The position numbers were made by a program, and so were the translations under genes. This document shows positions 37,525 to 46,745 of a stretch of DNA of 52,588 bases, piece after piece. Each line of letters begins with the position of its first letter. Within the stretch, counting starts at the first letter, position 1. The stretch is from a bacterium (lineage in GTDB: Bacteria; Zhuqueibacterota; Zhuqueibacteria; Oceanimicrobiales; Oceanimicrobiaceae): assembly GCA_037446635.1 (NCBI GenBank), contig JBBIIG010000030.1:1-52588 (forward strand). Reading direction: 5' to 3'. The notes under the pieces are model-generated. The model made no database searches and was not told the DNA's origin. It saw nothing but the letters and a program-made list of their open reading frames with translations.

Positions 37525-38172
37525 TCACTCTTCCGATTTTAGTTTCTCGTTCACAACCTCTTTCACCAACTCCCAGTCAAAACCGCGGTGGATGAGAAAA
37601 TCGGCCAGTCGCTTTTTTTTCACGCGATCATCTAAATTTCCAAACTGCGGCAGTTTTTTCTGAACCAACTCCCGCGCATACTCAATTTGACTTTTCTCGT
37701 TATAAGCCAACTGCAAAACGGCTGCGATTTTATCTTCAGAAATTCCTTTGGTGCGCAGCTCCTGCCGCAGCGCAAATTCTCCCAGCGGTTTGCTGGCCAG
37801 TCGGCTGCGAACGAAAGAGTGCGCGAAAGCGGCGTCGTCAATCAATTTCTGCTGTTTTAATTGCGCAAGAATTTCGTCAACTAAATTTTTCTCAAATCCT
37901 TTGTTCAGTAATTTTGTCCGCAGCTCTTTTTCGCTGTGCGCCCGCCGCGCCAAAAACTGGTACGCCTTTTCTTTGACGCGCTGCTTTTCTTCCTTGAAAA
38001 GAATTTCGGAAATTTGTTCAGCGGTTAGTTGATCTCCCTTTTTTAAGCCGTGCTGAATAACAATGTCAGCCTCCAACCCAAACGCGAATTCATCGTCGAG
38101 GAAAATCGAGCAGCGGTTTTTGTTCTTCTTCTGAAATTCGATTTTGGTGATGGCCGCGGTTTTGCGCTCCAT
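37525..38172 (-). CDS. recX: RecX regulator (long form)
   Basis: ITKIE.QKKNKNR.SIFLD.EFAFG, LARRAHSEKELR.KL, L.QEL..KGI, RGFDW; directly downstream of recA. Confidence 0.93.
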   Translation of the reverse strand: MERKTAAITKIEFQKKNKNRCSIFLDDEFAFGLEADIVIQHGLKKGDQLTAEQISEILFKEEKQRVKEKAYQFLARRAHSEKELRTKLLNKGFEKNLVDEILAQLKQQKLIDDAAFAHSFVRSRLASKPLGEFALRQELRTKGISEDKIAAVLQLAYNEKSQIEYARELVQKKLPQFGNLDDRVKKKRLADFLIHRGFDWELVKEVVNEKLKSEE

Positions 38173-38178
38173 GATTCA

Positions 38179-39261
38179 TCATGAGCGGGCCGGCTGCTGC
38201 GCCGCGCTTTTTTGTGAGGGTGAGGGTTTCTCCGGTTTGGTCGGCGCTTCTTCTTTCTTCTTCGTCAAACCCAAAGCTTCGCGCACCTGCGCTGAAATTT
38301 TTTCCATCAACTCTGAATTCTGCAACAAATATTGTTTGACGTTTTCGCGCCCCTGCCCCAGCCGCTCGTCGCCGTACGAAAACCAGGTACCGCTTTTCTG
38401 AATGATGTTGTGATTGACCGCGGTGTCGATGATATCGCCCTCGCGGGAAATGCCGGTGCCGTACATAATGTCGAATTCGGCTTCCTTGAATGGCGGCGCC
38501 ACTTTGTTTTTCACCACCTTCACTTTGGTGCGGCTGCCGACGATGTTCTCGCCATCCTTTATCGAAGCGGTGCGGCGGATATCGACGCGCACCGAAGAAT
38601 AAAATTTCAACGCGCGGCCGCCGGTGGTGGTTTCTGGATTGCCGAACATGACGCCAATCTTTTCGCGAATTTGGTTGATGAACACCACACAGGTTTTGGA
38701 TTTGCTGATGGCGCCCGCCAATTTGCGCATCGCCTGCGACATCAAGCGCGCCTGCAGGCCCATTTGCGCCTCGCCCATTTCGCCTTCGATTTCCGCTTTC
38801 GGCACCAGCGCCGCAACGGAATCGATCACGACAATGTCCAGCGCGCCGCTGCGCACGAGAGTCTCAGTAATTTCCAGCGCCTGCTCGCCGGTATCCGGCT
38901 GCGAGATCAAAAGGTTGTCGATATCGACGCCTAAATTTTTGGCGTAGCGCGCGTCCAGGGCGTGCTCGGCGTCCACGAACGCCGCCAGCCCGCCGCGTTT
39001 CTGCGCTTCGGCGATCACGTGCAGCGTCAGCGTGGTTTTGCCGGAGGATTCCGGGCCAAACACTTCCACGATGCGGCCGCGGGGGAATCCCCCCACTCCC
39101 AACGCCGCGTCCAGTGAGATGGCGCCGGTGGGGATGGCTTCCACCTCGGCGGGCCGTTTTTCATCGCCTAAGCGCATGATGGAACCCTTGCCGAACTGGC
39201 GGTCGATTTGGGTCATCGCCAATTCCAGGGCTTTTAGTTTTTCGGTTTTTTCCTCACTCAT
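38179..39261 (-). CDS. recA: Recombinase RecA
   Basis: [57 protein letters not shown]. Confidence 0.99.
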   Translation of the reverse strand: MSEEKTEKLKALELAMTQIDRQFGKGSIMRLGDEKRPAEVEAIPTGAISLDAALGVGGFPRGRIVEVFGPESSGKTTLTLHVIAEAQKRGGLAAFVDAEHALDARYAKNLGVDIDNLLISQPDTGEQALEITETLVRSGALDIVVIDSVAALVPKAEIEGEMGEAQMGLQARLMSQAMRKLAGAISKSKTCVVFINQIREKIGVMFGNPETTTGGRALKFYSSVRVDIRRTASIKDGENIVGSRTKVKVVKNKVAPPFKEAEFDIMYGTGISREGDIIDTAVNHNIIQKSGTWFSYGDERLGQGRENVKQYLLQNSELMEKISAQVREALGLTKKKEEAPTKPEKPSPSQKSAAQQPARS

Positions 39262-39301
39262 TCTGCAACCCCTCCTTCATTTAAGTTTACAAGTGAGATC
39301 T

Positions 39302-39352
39302 CACGCAAAAACGCAGAGACGAAGCGGCTTGGCGGCTTGGCGTCTTGGCGTG
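39302..39352. repeat. 8-nt-period inverted repeat (CACGCAAA.ACGCA.AG / CTTGGCG.CTTGGCGTG)
   Basis: cacgcaaaaacgcagagacgaag followed by cttggcggcttggcgtcttggcgtg, between thpR and recA. Confidence 0.65.
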
Positions 39353-39367
39353 CGTTTTTTCATTGTT

Positions 39368-39931
39368 TTACGTTCTGAATCCAATTCTCCGCAGCGGCGT
39401 GTAAATCGCGCCTTGCGGGTGCAAATCGCTTTTGATGATTAAAATTTCTTTCACATCGAATAGGCCGCCGGCGAACGCGTGGTTTTTTAGTCTTTTGATA
39501 AAACGATCGCTCAGTGGAGCCTTCACTCTGCCAATGGTCAAGTGGGGCGAAAACGGTCGAGCTTCCTTCGCGAAGCCCATCTCTGCCAGGCCCGATTCGA
39601 TCTTTTCCGCAATTTCGAGCAGCGCCGCCGGGGGATTCGGCAACCCCACCCAAAGTACCCGCGGCCGGCGAAAATTCGGAAACACGCCCAAATCCGATAC
39701 ATTCAATCTGAACGCCGGATACTCGCTGGCGATGCCGGAGATGATATTGGCGATGTCATCGATTTTCGACTCGTCGGTGTCGCCCAAAAATTTCAAAGTC
39801 AGGTGAATGTTTTCCGGCTTCGTCCAACTTATTTTTTCGCGATCCCGTTTCAACTCTTCCTGCAGCGCGGCGATGTTTTGGCGAACGGCATCTGGAAGAT
39901 CGATGGCGATGAAGGTTCGTATCAAGGCCAA
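39368..39931 (-). CDS. thpR: RNA 2',3'-cyclic phosphodiesterase (2H family)
   Basis: RTFIAI, HLTLKFLG, PRVLWVG, FSPHLTIGR, S.L.P.GAIY; two HxT motifs; upstream of recA. Confidence 0.95.
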   Translation of the reverse strand: MALIRTFIAIDLPDAVRQNIAALQEELKRDREKISWTKPENIHLTLKFLGDTDESKIDDIANIISGIASEYPAFRLNVSDLGVFPNFRRPRVLWVGLPNPPAALLEIAEKIESGLAEMGFAKEARPFSPHLTIGRVKAPLSDRFIKRLKNHAFAGGLFDVKEILIIKSDLHPQGAIYTPLRRIGFRT

Positions 39932-39945
39932 TTCCTAAGAGATTG

Positions 39946-41112
39946 TTAACTTAAGCCGCTGAATTGCTGGCGCGCCAAATAGATAAACGTTCCTACCACC
40001 ATCCCGATAACATAACCATACGGCAACCCGCCGGCCATCAACCCGACCATCAATGCAATGGTGAAATTGATTTTTGAATCCACCTGATCGCGCACCAACA
40101 GCATAAGCGTAAGCCCTTCAAAAAAAAGCAGCACGCCCAAAATTGGCAGCGGAAAAACGTGAAAAAGCTCATCGAAGCCGCCGCCGAAAAACAGCCCCAG
40201 GCTTAAATAGAGTATTCCATAAATCACCACCGAACCGCCGCTGCGGGCGCCGAAGGCATAATGCCCAGCCAGGCCGCCGGAGCCGTGGCACACCGGCGCG
40301 CCGCTAAAAAATGGCGCCACGAGATTCATAATAGAATAGGTGAAGCCAATCTTGCGAGCCGTCAACTGCCGATCAGGAAACAGGTCTTCCACAATTTGGC
40401 GGGTGGCCAACACCGAGTTTCCTAACGACAGCGGAATTTGCGGCAGCGCCAACACCACGAATCCCGTGAGGACATCGTTCCAGGTCGGCGTGTGAAAATC
40501 GGGGAGGCTCAGCCCGGCCCGGCTCGTAAAAGCGGCCAAATCCAATTTGAACGCAAATGCATAAACCACGCCGAGAGCGATGATAAACAGCGCCGCCGGA
40601 TAGCGGCGATTGCCAAGAAATAAAATCGCAACTACGAACGCCGCCGCGGCCAAACCGTAACCCGCGCCGCCATCGGCGCGGATGTAATCTTTGAGCGCCA
40701 GCAAGGCGAGCTGCAATCCCAACCCAAACTGAATTCCGCGAATCACGCACTTGGGAATAACCCGCGCCAGCCAATCGATCAGCCCCGTGAGAGACAGCAA
40801 CAGCATGACGGCGCCGATGGCCAGACCCGCGCCGTAAAGGAGGCTGCCGCCGAGCCGCTGGGTGATCACCAGCGCGGCCATCGCTTTCAGCGGCTGCACC
40901 GGCATGGGGAGGCGATAGACCAGCGCGCTGAAAATCTGCATGAGGCCGAACATGATGAGCACGCTGGCGCTATCCAACTGCGCCGCCAGCAGCATCCCCA
41001 CCAGCAGAGGGAAGTCAGTGCCAATATCTCCGAAGGCGCCGGCCAATTCGTTGCGATCGAATCGGATTTTGTATGAGGATCGCGGTTGGGTCGGCGGCGC
41101 TAGCGAATCCAT
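39946..41112 (-). CDS. MOT1-family putative molybdate/sulfate transporter
   Basis: ELAGAFGDIGT, PMPVQPLKA, RGIQ.GLGL, LPQIPLSLGNS, PVCHGSGGLAGHY.FGAR.G. Confidence 0.9.
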   Translation of the reverse strand: MDSLAPPTQPRSSYKIRFDRNELAGAFGDIGTDFPLLVGMLLAAQLDSASVLIMFGLMQIFSALVYRLPMPVQPLKAMAALVITQRLGGSLLYGAGLAIGAVMLLLSLTGLIDWLARVIPKCVIRGIQFGLGLQLALLALKDYIRADGGAGYGLAAAAFVVAILFLGNRRYPAALFIIALGVVYAFAFKLDLAAFTSRAGLSLPDFHTPTWNDVLTGFVVLALPQIPLSLGNSVLATRQIVEDLFPDRQLTARKIGFTYSIMNLVAPFFSGAPVCHGSGGLAGHYAFGARSGGSVVIYGILYLSLGLFFGGGFDELFHVFPLPILGVLLFFEGLTLMLLVRDQVDSKINFTIALMVGLMAGGLPYGYVIGMVVGTFIYLARQQFSGLS

Positions 41113-41146
41113 TTCATCGTCAAGTAGCGGTGTTCTTCGGCGTAAT

Positions 41147-42697
41147 CTATTTCACCTTTTCGGAAATCGACTTGGCCTGCAGGAACAGCAGCAAATAATC
41201 CCGGCCGCCGGCTTTGGAATCGGTGCCAGACATATTAAAGCCGCCAAAAGGATGCCCGCCCACCAGCGCGCCGGTGCATTTGCGGTTGATGTATAAATTT
41301 CCCACGTGAAACTTGCGCTTGGCTTTTTCAATTTTCTCGCGATTATCGCTGTAAACCGCGCCCGTGAGTCCGTACTCCGTGTCGTTAGCGATCTCGAGCG
41401 CGTGGTCAAAATCTTTTGCTTTGATAACTGCCAGCACCGGCGCAAACACCTCTTCCTGCTCCAACCGCGCCTTGGGCGGCACATCCGCAAAGATGGTGGG
41501 CTGGATATAATAGCCGGAATCCGGCCCCCTCTCCCCGCCACATACCAACCGTCCTTCCTTTTTGCCAATTTCGATGTATTGCAACGTTTTCTCCAGCGCG
41601 GCTTGGTTGATGACCGCGCCCATATAATTGGCCGGGTCGTTCACCGGGCCCACCGTGATTTTTTTCGTGCGCGCCATCAGCTTGTTTAAAAACTCCGCAT
41701 AAACTTTTTCGTCGACGATGGCGCGGGAACACGCCGAACATTTCTGTCCCTGAAAGCCGAACGCCGAAACTGCCACACCTTCGACCGCGGCATCGAGATT
41801 GGTTTCGCGGTCGATGATGATGGCGTCCTTGCCGCCCATTTCCGCCACCACCCGCTTCAGCCAAATATGTCCCGGCTGATGCTTCGCCGCCAGTTCGTTG
41901 ATGCGCAGCCCCACTTCTTTCGAGCCGGTGAATGAGATGAAGCGAATTTTGGGATGGGTAACGATATAATCGCCGATTTTGCTGCCGTCGCCGGGGATGT
42001 AATTCAACACGCCGGCGGGCAGCCCAACCTCCCGCATGATCTCCACAAATTGGTGGCCGATGGTCGGCGAATCGCTGGCGGGCTTCAGCAGCACGCAGTT
42101 GCCGGTCACGATGGCTGCGCTGGTCATACCGGTGAGGATCGCCAACGGAAAATTCCACGGCGGAATGACCGCGCCCACGCCCAGCGGTATATAAATCAGC
42201 TCGTTATTTTCACCGGCGACTGGCGTGACCGGCTGCTTGGCGCCGTAGCGCAGCATCTCGCGGCCATAGAATTCGAGAAAGTCGATGGCCTCGGCGCTGT
42301 CGCCGTCGGCTTCCGCCCAGTTTTTGCCGACTTCGTACACCATCCAGGCGTTGAGCTCCATTTGGCGCTGGCGCATGAGCTCCGCCGCTTTGAACAAATA
42401 GCTGGCGCGCTCCTCGGCCGGGGTTTGGCTCCAACTCTCGAATGCCTGCCACGCGGCGCGGATGGCGTCTTCCACCTCTTTGGGGCCAGCTTTGTGGAAC
42501 GTTCCCACCACCTGTTCTTTATTGCAGGGATTGAATGACTTGAGCAGATTGCCGGTCTCCACGTTTTTTCCGCCAATGTACAGCGGATGCACGCGGTCGA
42601 ACTGGCTTTCAACAGTTTTCAACGCCGCGAGCATTTTTTTGCGGTTCTCCTCTTTGGAAAAATCGTTCATCGGATGATTCCTGAATTCGGAAATCAT
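41147..42697 (-). CDS. pruA: L-glutamate gamma-semialdehyde (P5C) dehydrogenase
   Basis: EAIDFLEFY, PPWNFPLAI, FTGS.EVG, AEMGGKD, FQGQKCSACSR, GNLYINRKCTGALVG.HPFGGFNMSGTDSKAGG. Confidence 0.95.
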   Translation of the reverse strand: MISEFRNHPMNDFSKEENRKKMLAALKTVESQFDRVHPLYIGGKNVETGNLLKSFNPCNKEQVVGTFHKAGPKEVEDAIRAAWQAFESWSQTPAEERASYLFKAAELMRQRQMELNAWMVYEVGKNWAEADGDSAEAIDFLEFYGREMLRYGAKQPVTPVAGENNELIYIPLGVGAVIPPWNFPLAILTGMTSAAIVTGNCVLLKPASDSPTIGHQFVEIMREVGLPAGVLNYIPGDGSKIGDYIVTHPKIRFISFTGSKEVGLRINELAAKHQPGHIWLKRVVAEMGGKDAIIIDRETNLDAAVEGVAVSAFGFQGQKCSACSRAIVDEKVYAEFLNKLMARTKKITVGPVNDPANYMGAVINQAALEKTLQYIEIGKKEGRLVCGGERGPDSGYYIQPTIFADVPPKARLEQEEVFAPVLAVIKAKDFDHALEIANDTEYGLTGAVYSDNREKIEKAKRKFHVGNLYINRKCTGALVGGHPFGGFNMSGTDSKAGGRDYLLLFLQAKSISEKVK

Positions 42698-42768
42698 GAT
42701 CGGCCTCCTGGGGGTTTTAATAACTCATAAAAATTCATTAGTGAAAGAGTTAATCCGCCAAGCCTAGA

Positions 42769-43569
42769 TTATGAATTAGTAGGACAAGTTTTGATATTAT
42801 ATCGTGCGAAGTATTCGTCAATTTCCGGACGTAACTCAATACCGACTTGTTCAAATATATCAAGTAACGGTTGGTAAGTTCCTTGTCCACCAAGAAAGTC
42901 CCAAAACTCCTCGCCGACTTTTAATTCATTAGGCAAGTCAAGCATTCCTCGCAATGTCCAACGTTGGTATGGTTTGGGTTCGTAGGGGTTATACGGAATT
43001 GCAATGAGCGTTTGAATTTTTGCATTTGGATTTGCAGCAAGCGTGGCTGCAACCCATTCTAAGAGTGTTCGCTTGAATTCTTTGAAGTTGCCAATATTCG
43101 GTTTCGCGGTTTTCAAATCGATTAGGATTATTGTACCATCTTTTGCAATTAGCTTTATATCAACTTTAGTGAGTTTTACTTTTTTCATTTCACCCTTTTG
43201 ACAAACTGCCCTTATTGCTTCAGTCTCTCGTGGTTTGTCAGGATTTAAGATCGCGGTAGTCAAGCCGGTCATAATATTTTCTATTTCCAAAAAGGCGTCT
43301 GAACTTATTTTTGCTCCAGCGACTTGTTGAGACGTTGCAGACTTAAAATTATTTGTCGCTATTGCCTTTGAAACAGGTTCGAAGATGCTTGTTCCAAAAT
43401 TCGTGTTGAGCGAATGAATAAAAGAAAATAAAGCCATGCGATCTTTGCCAAGCAGTCTTGTGTGAAATGGCATTGATGCCGGTTCAGGTTTATAAGTAAG
43501 GAACTTGTTGCGCAGGCTGTTTTTTAAAACATCCTCTATGTTCTTGGTTTGCAGTTCTGATAGTGCCAT
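42769..43569 (-). CDS. Type II restriction endonuclease, TdeIII family
   Basis: MPFH.RLLGKDRMALFSFIHSLNTNFGTSIFE, VD..L...DLKTAKPN (PD-D/ExK), AIPYNPY.P, EFWDFLGG; downstream of a methyltransferase. Confidence 0.88.
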   Translation of the reverse strand: MALSELQTKNIEDVLKNSLRNKFLTYKPEPASMPFHTRLLGKDRMALFSFIHSLNTNFGTSIFEPVSKAIATNNFKSATSQQVAGAKISSDAFLEIENIMTGLTTAILNPDKPRETEAIRAVCQKGEMKKVKLTKVDIKLIAKDGTIILIDLKTAKPNIGNFKEFKRTLLEWVAATLAANPNAKIQTLIAIPYNPYEPKPYQRWTLRGMLDLPNELKVGEEFWDFLGGQGTYQPLLDIFEQVGIELRPEIDEYFARYNIKTCPTNS

Positions 43570-43571
43570 CT

Positions 43572-43757
43572 TTACTTGAGAGTTAAATTTATTGCGGATT
43601 CAATTGCATCATACCAATTAATATGGTTGCCAATTTTTCTCTCTAACAATCCAATTTCCTTTTCCGAAAGCCGTCTCCCCAAAACTTCATCAGCAACGGT
43701 CTGCAAATCTTCAACTGTAAGCTGATAGATGACCTTGTGGAGATTTTCTGTGTTCAT
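43572..43757 (-). CDS. 61-aa hypothetical protein between M and R genes
   Basis: ATG 2 nt after the MTase stop and stop 2 nt before the REase start; AT-rich like its neighbours. Confidence 0.75.
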   Translation of the reverse strand: MNTENLHKVIYQLTVEDLQTVADEVLGRRLSEKEIGLLERKIGNHINWYDAIESAINLTLK

Positions 43758-43759
43758 AA

Positions 43760-45352
43760 TTAGATCCCCTTTAAATGAAAGATGCTTTCTGAATATGCGC
43801 CTTTATCTTTCTCGGTACGATTTAATACTGGCCGCTTGTATTGATTGACAATTTTCATTCCTGCGTTCTTTGCAATAGTTGGATAGAATCCATACTTATC
43901 ATTTGCCACTAAGAAAACGTCGTAATCGTCCACCAAGAACCTTTTGCAGTTATTCAAAACATCGCTAATGCCTTGAATGTAGCTCTGCTTTGCTTCCCTG
44001 CCCTGCCCTTTGAAAAGGGGTCCAATTTCTAAATCGTCCTTTCGTTCAAAGCCAAACAGATCATAAGCGTAAGCATGTTGTTCGTGATAGTCAATTAGGC
44101 CCACATAGGGAGGTGAAGAAAAAATGCCTTTTACTTTTTGCTTGCTTGCCAATTCAGCGAAGGCTGAATTTTTCTTCTTTAGTTCTTCAAAGATGTCTAT
44201 GGTGCGGCTGTCACCAGTCAAACAAAACTGAAAGGTGTTAGTTCTCAATTGGTCAAATTGCGCAATGCGTTTTACCGTATCTCTCGTGTAGGTTTCCCAC
44301 CATTTAAGAATCGAAAAAAGTGGCTTGCATAATTTGCCGTGCTTCGCACAGTAGTAAGTTGCCGTGATCGGCTCAACCAATGTTGCAAGGTCAGCATGAG
44401 TCGTGGCCCTGCAACTGCGAATAGTTCTACTAAGAATCACGCTGATGATTTTTTTTGTGTCTGTTTTCTTGATCTTCTTGATCTCATTAAACACGAATTC
44501 TATTTCATCTCTTATATGTTGAGAATACCACTTGTCGAGGAAACTGTCATTTTTATCTTGACGAAGTTTGATGTTGTAGTCCTTCACGAGTCTGTTGTAA
44601 ATTGGCAAAAACTCTTTTGCCTTTTCTTCCCCATATTTATTTTCGTCAATCTCGCCTCGGCTCAAACGATATTTGTATTCTGGGACAGGAAAGTATTTGT
44701 TATTAAATTCGCAAAGCAGTTGGAGTAATTTTTCATCGAACTCTAAAGTGTGGGAATCCGCAAGAAAAGCTTTCAGCGCTTTTGTGATACGGTTGATTTC
44801 AGTCTGAACATCGAACAAATCATATTTTGCCACTTTGCAGTTTCCAATTAGAGCATTGAAAGCAGAAATGTCGATTCCGATAGCGTGCATTCCCAGTTCG
44901 CAAGCTTGAACCATCGTTGTTCCACTGCCAGAAAATGGATCGAGGATAATGTCGCCTTTCTTAAAGTAGGTTTGTTTTTTGAAATCGTCCGTATGATTAT
45001 CAAGAAAATACTCTACAAGTTGGGGAATGAACTTGCCTTTATAGGGATGAAGTCTGTGGACATGTTTAGTTGTTTCGGCTTCTTTGTACTGATCAAACGA
45101 TAATGCCCAATTAAGATCAGCGCCTAATTGATCCCTCCATGAGTTTTCTCGATACCCGTTGTAAGAATTGTAATACCTGAGTAATTCCTGCTTGGAAACC
45201 TGTGTAGCGCCATTGCCACCGTATTTCTTTATTCTTCCGTATTGGATGAGGTAAGAGATGTTTGAGGTTGTCACGGTTTTGCCAGTATACGTAGTGGCCC
45301 ATTCACTGGCTTCTTTTATAGTTAATAGATTGTCTGTTTCAAACATACTCAT
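43760..45352 (-). CDS. N4-cytosine-type DNA methyltransferase with N-terminal HTH (MjaII-like architecture)
   Basis: H.LHPYKGKFIPQLV, LDPFSGSGTT (motif I) before FSSPPY (motif IV); N-terminal LLTIKEASEWA...SNISYLIQYGRI HTH. Confidence 0.9.
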   Translation of the reverse strand: MSMFETDNLLTIKEASEWATTYTGKTVTTSNISYLIQYGRIKKYGGNGATQVSKQELLRYYNSYNGYRENSWRDQLGADLNWALSFDQYKEAETTKHVHRLHPYKGKFIPQLVEYFLDNHTDDFKKQTYFKKGDIILDPFSGSGTTMVQACELGMHAIGIDISAFNALIGNCKVAKYDLFDVQTEINRITKALKAFLADSHTLEFDEKLLQLLCEFNNKYFPVPEYKYRLSRGEIDENKYGEEKAKEFLPIYNRLVKDYNIKLRQDKNDSFLDKWYSQHIRDEIEFVFNEIKKIKKTDTKKIISVILSRTIRSCRATTHADLATLVEPITATYYCAKHGKLCKPLFSILKWWETYTRDTVKRIAQFDQLRTNTFQFCLTGDSRTIDIFEELKKKNSAFAELASKQKVKGIFSSPPYVGLIDYHEQHAYAYDLFGFERKDDLEIGPLFKGQGREAKQSYIQGISDVLNNCKRFLVDDYDVFLVANDKYGFYPTIAKNAGMKIVNQYKRPVLNRTEKDKGAYSESIFHLKGI

Positions 45353-45520
45353 TCTACTACCATCCCAAACTCTATATTTGTATTGGCAAGATACTAAACT
45401 CCTGCAGAAATTTCAACAACAAATTCCCGGACGTTTACTAAACTTCCAAAGTTTAGTAAACGTGTTGATTCTCTTAAAAAAATCATTAACTTGAAACGGA
45501 AAAATCGCGAAGGAGGCATC

Positions 45521-46168
45521 ATGCTCAATTACGTCTGGCTGGCGTTGATGATCATCGCGCTGGTGGTGGGCGCCATCAACGGCAAACTCACGGAAGTCAC
45601 CAAAGCCGCGTTTGACATGGCGGAGACTTCGGTGAAAATCGCGTTTGGCCTCATTGGAATTATGGCGCTGTGGCTGGGCATCATCAAAATCGCCGAAGAA
45701 AGCGGGCTGGTCAACATTCTGGCTAAAGCCCTCAAACCCATCAGCAAGCGGTTGTTTCCGGATATCCCGCCCGACCATCCGGCCATCGCGGCGATTTTGC
45801 TGAATCTCAGCGCCAACTGGCTGGGGCTTTCCAACGCCGCCACGCCGCTGGGGCTGAAGGCCATGGACGAGCTGCAAAAACTCAACGACAAAAAAGACAC
45901 CGCCTCCAACGCTATGGTCACCTTTTTGGCAATGAACACCGCCGCCATCACGCTCATCCCGGCGACCATCATCGGCGTGCGCATTTCGTTGAATTCACAA
46001 AATCCGCAGGAGATCATTGGCGCCACCATTTTTGCCGGCGTTTGCGCCACCATCACCGCCATCCTCGCCGCCAAAATTTTGGAAAAGCTGCCCGTCTTCC
46101 TGCCTGCGCAGCCAGGAAGAAAGGAGCTGCAAACCGCGGACGTCGAAAAAGGGCAGGAGGGAAAATGA
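45521..46168 (+). CDS. spmA: SpmA-like nucleoside-recognition (Gate) domain membrane protein
   Basis: MLNYVW, LWLGI.KIAE.SG, LFPDIP.DHPA, AN.LGL.NAATPLGLKAM.ELQ; GGAGG RBS. Confidence 0.9.
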   Translation: MLNYVWLALMIIALVVGAINGKLTEVTKAAFDMAETSVKIAFGLIGIMALWLGIIKIAEESGLVNILAKALKPISKRLFPDIPPDHPAIAAILLNLSANWLGLSNAATPLGLKAMDELQKLNDKKDTASNAMVTFLAMNTAAITLIPATIIGVRISLNSQNPQEIIGATIFAGVCATITAILAAKILEKLPVFLPAQPGRKELQTADVEKGQEGK

Positions 46169-46713
46169 GCGCAGCCAACGTTTTCAGCGAGGTGATGAGG
46201 GTCATCTCGAATTTAGCCATTCCGCTGATTTTGTTTTTGATCATCGGCTTCGGATTTTTTAAGAAGGTCAAAATTTACGAAGCGTTCGTGGAGGGGGCAA
46301 AAGGCGGATTCGAAGTGGCCATCAAAATCATTCCTTTTTTAGTCGCTATTCTCGTCGCCATCGGCATGTTCCGCGCCTCGGGCGCGATGGATTTTTTTGT
46401 AAAAATTATCTCGCCGCTCACCAATTTGATCGGCATGCCGGCGGAGGCCTTGCCGGTGGCGCTCATGCGGCCGCTCTCTGGCAGCGGCTCGTTGGGACTG
46501 GTGACCGAAATCATGAAGACGCATGGTCCGGATTCATTTTTGGGACGGTTGGTTTCCACCATGTACGGCAGCACGGAAACCACGTTTTATGTTTTGGCGG
46601 TTTACTTCGGTTCGGTGGGGATAAAAAAAACGCGCCATGCCGTGGCCGCCGGACTCCTCGCCGACGCCGCCGGCTTATTGGCCGCGTTGTTTATCTGCAA
46701 GTTAATTTTTTGA
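46165..46713 (+). CDS. spmB: SpmB-like membrane protein
   Basis: YEAFVEGAK.GF, MFRASGA, MRPLSGSG, GSTETTFYVLAVYFGSVGIKKTRHA; ATGA overlap with spmA. Confidence 0.92.
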   Translation: MSAANVFSEVMRVISNLAIPLILFLIIGFGFFKKVKIYEAFVEGAKGGFEVAIKIIPFLVAILVAIGMFRASGAMDFFVKIISPLTNLIGMPAEALPVALMRPLSGSGSLGLVTEIMKTHGPDSFLGRLVSTMYGSTETTFYVLAVYFGSVGIKKTRHAVAAGLLADAAGLLAALFICKLIF

Positions 46714-46745
46714 TGATCGCAGCACACTTCGCTTTACGTTCATCC

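Noticed and set aside
45521..46713. spmA/spmB as evidence of sporulation
   Set aside because: SpmA/SpmB Gate-domain proteins are widespread in non-sporulating bacteria, and no other sporulation genes are present.
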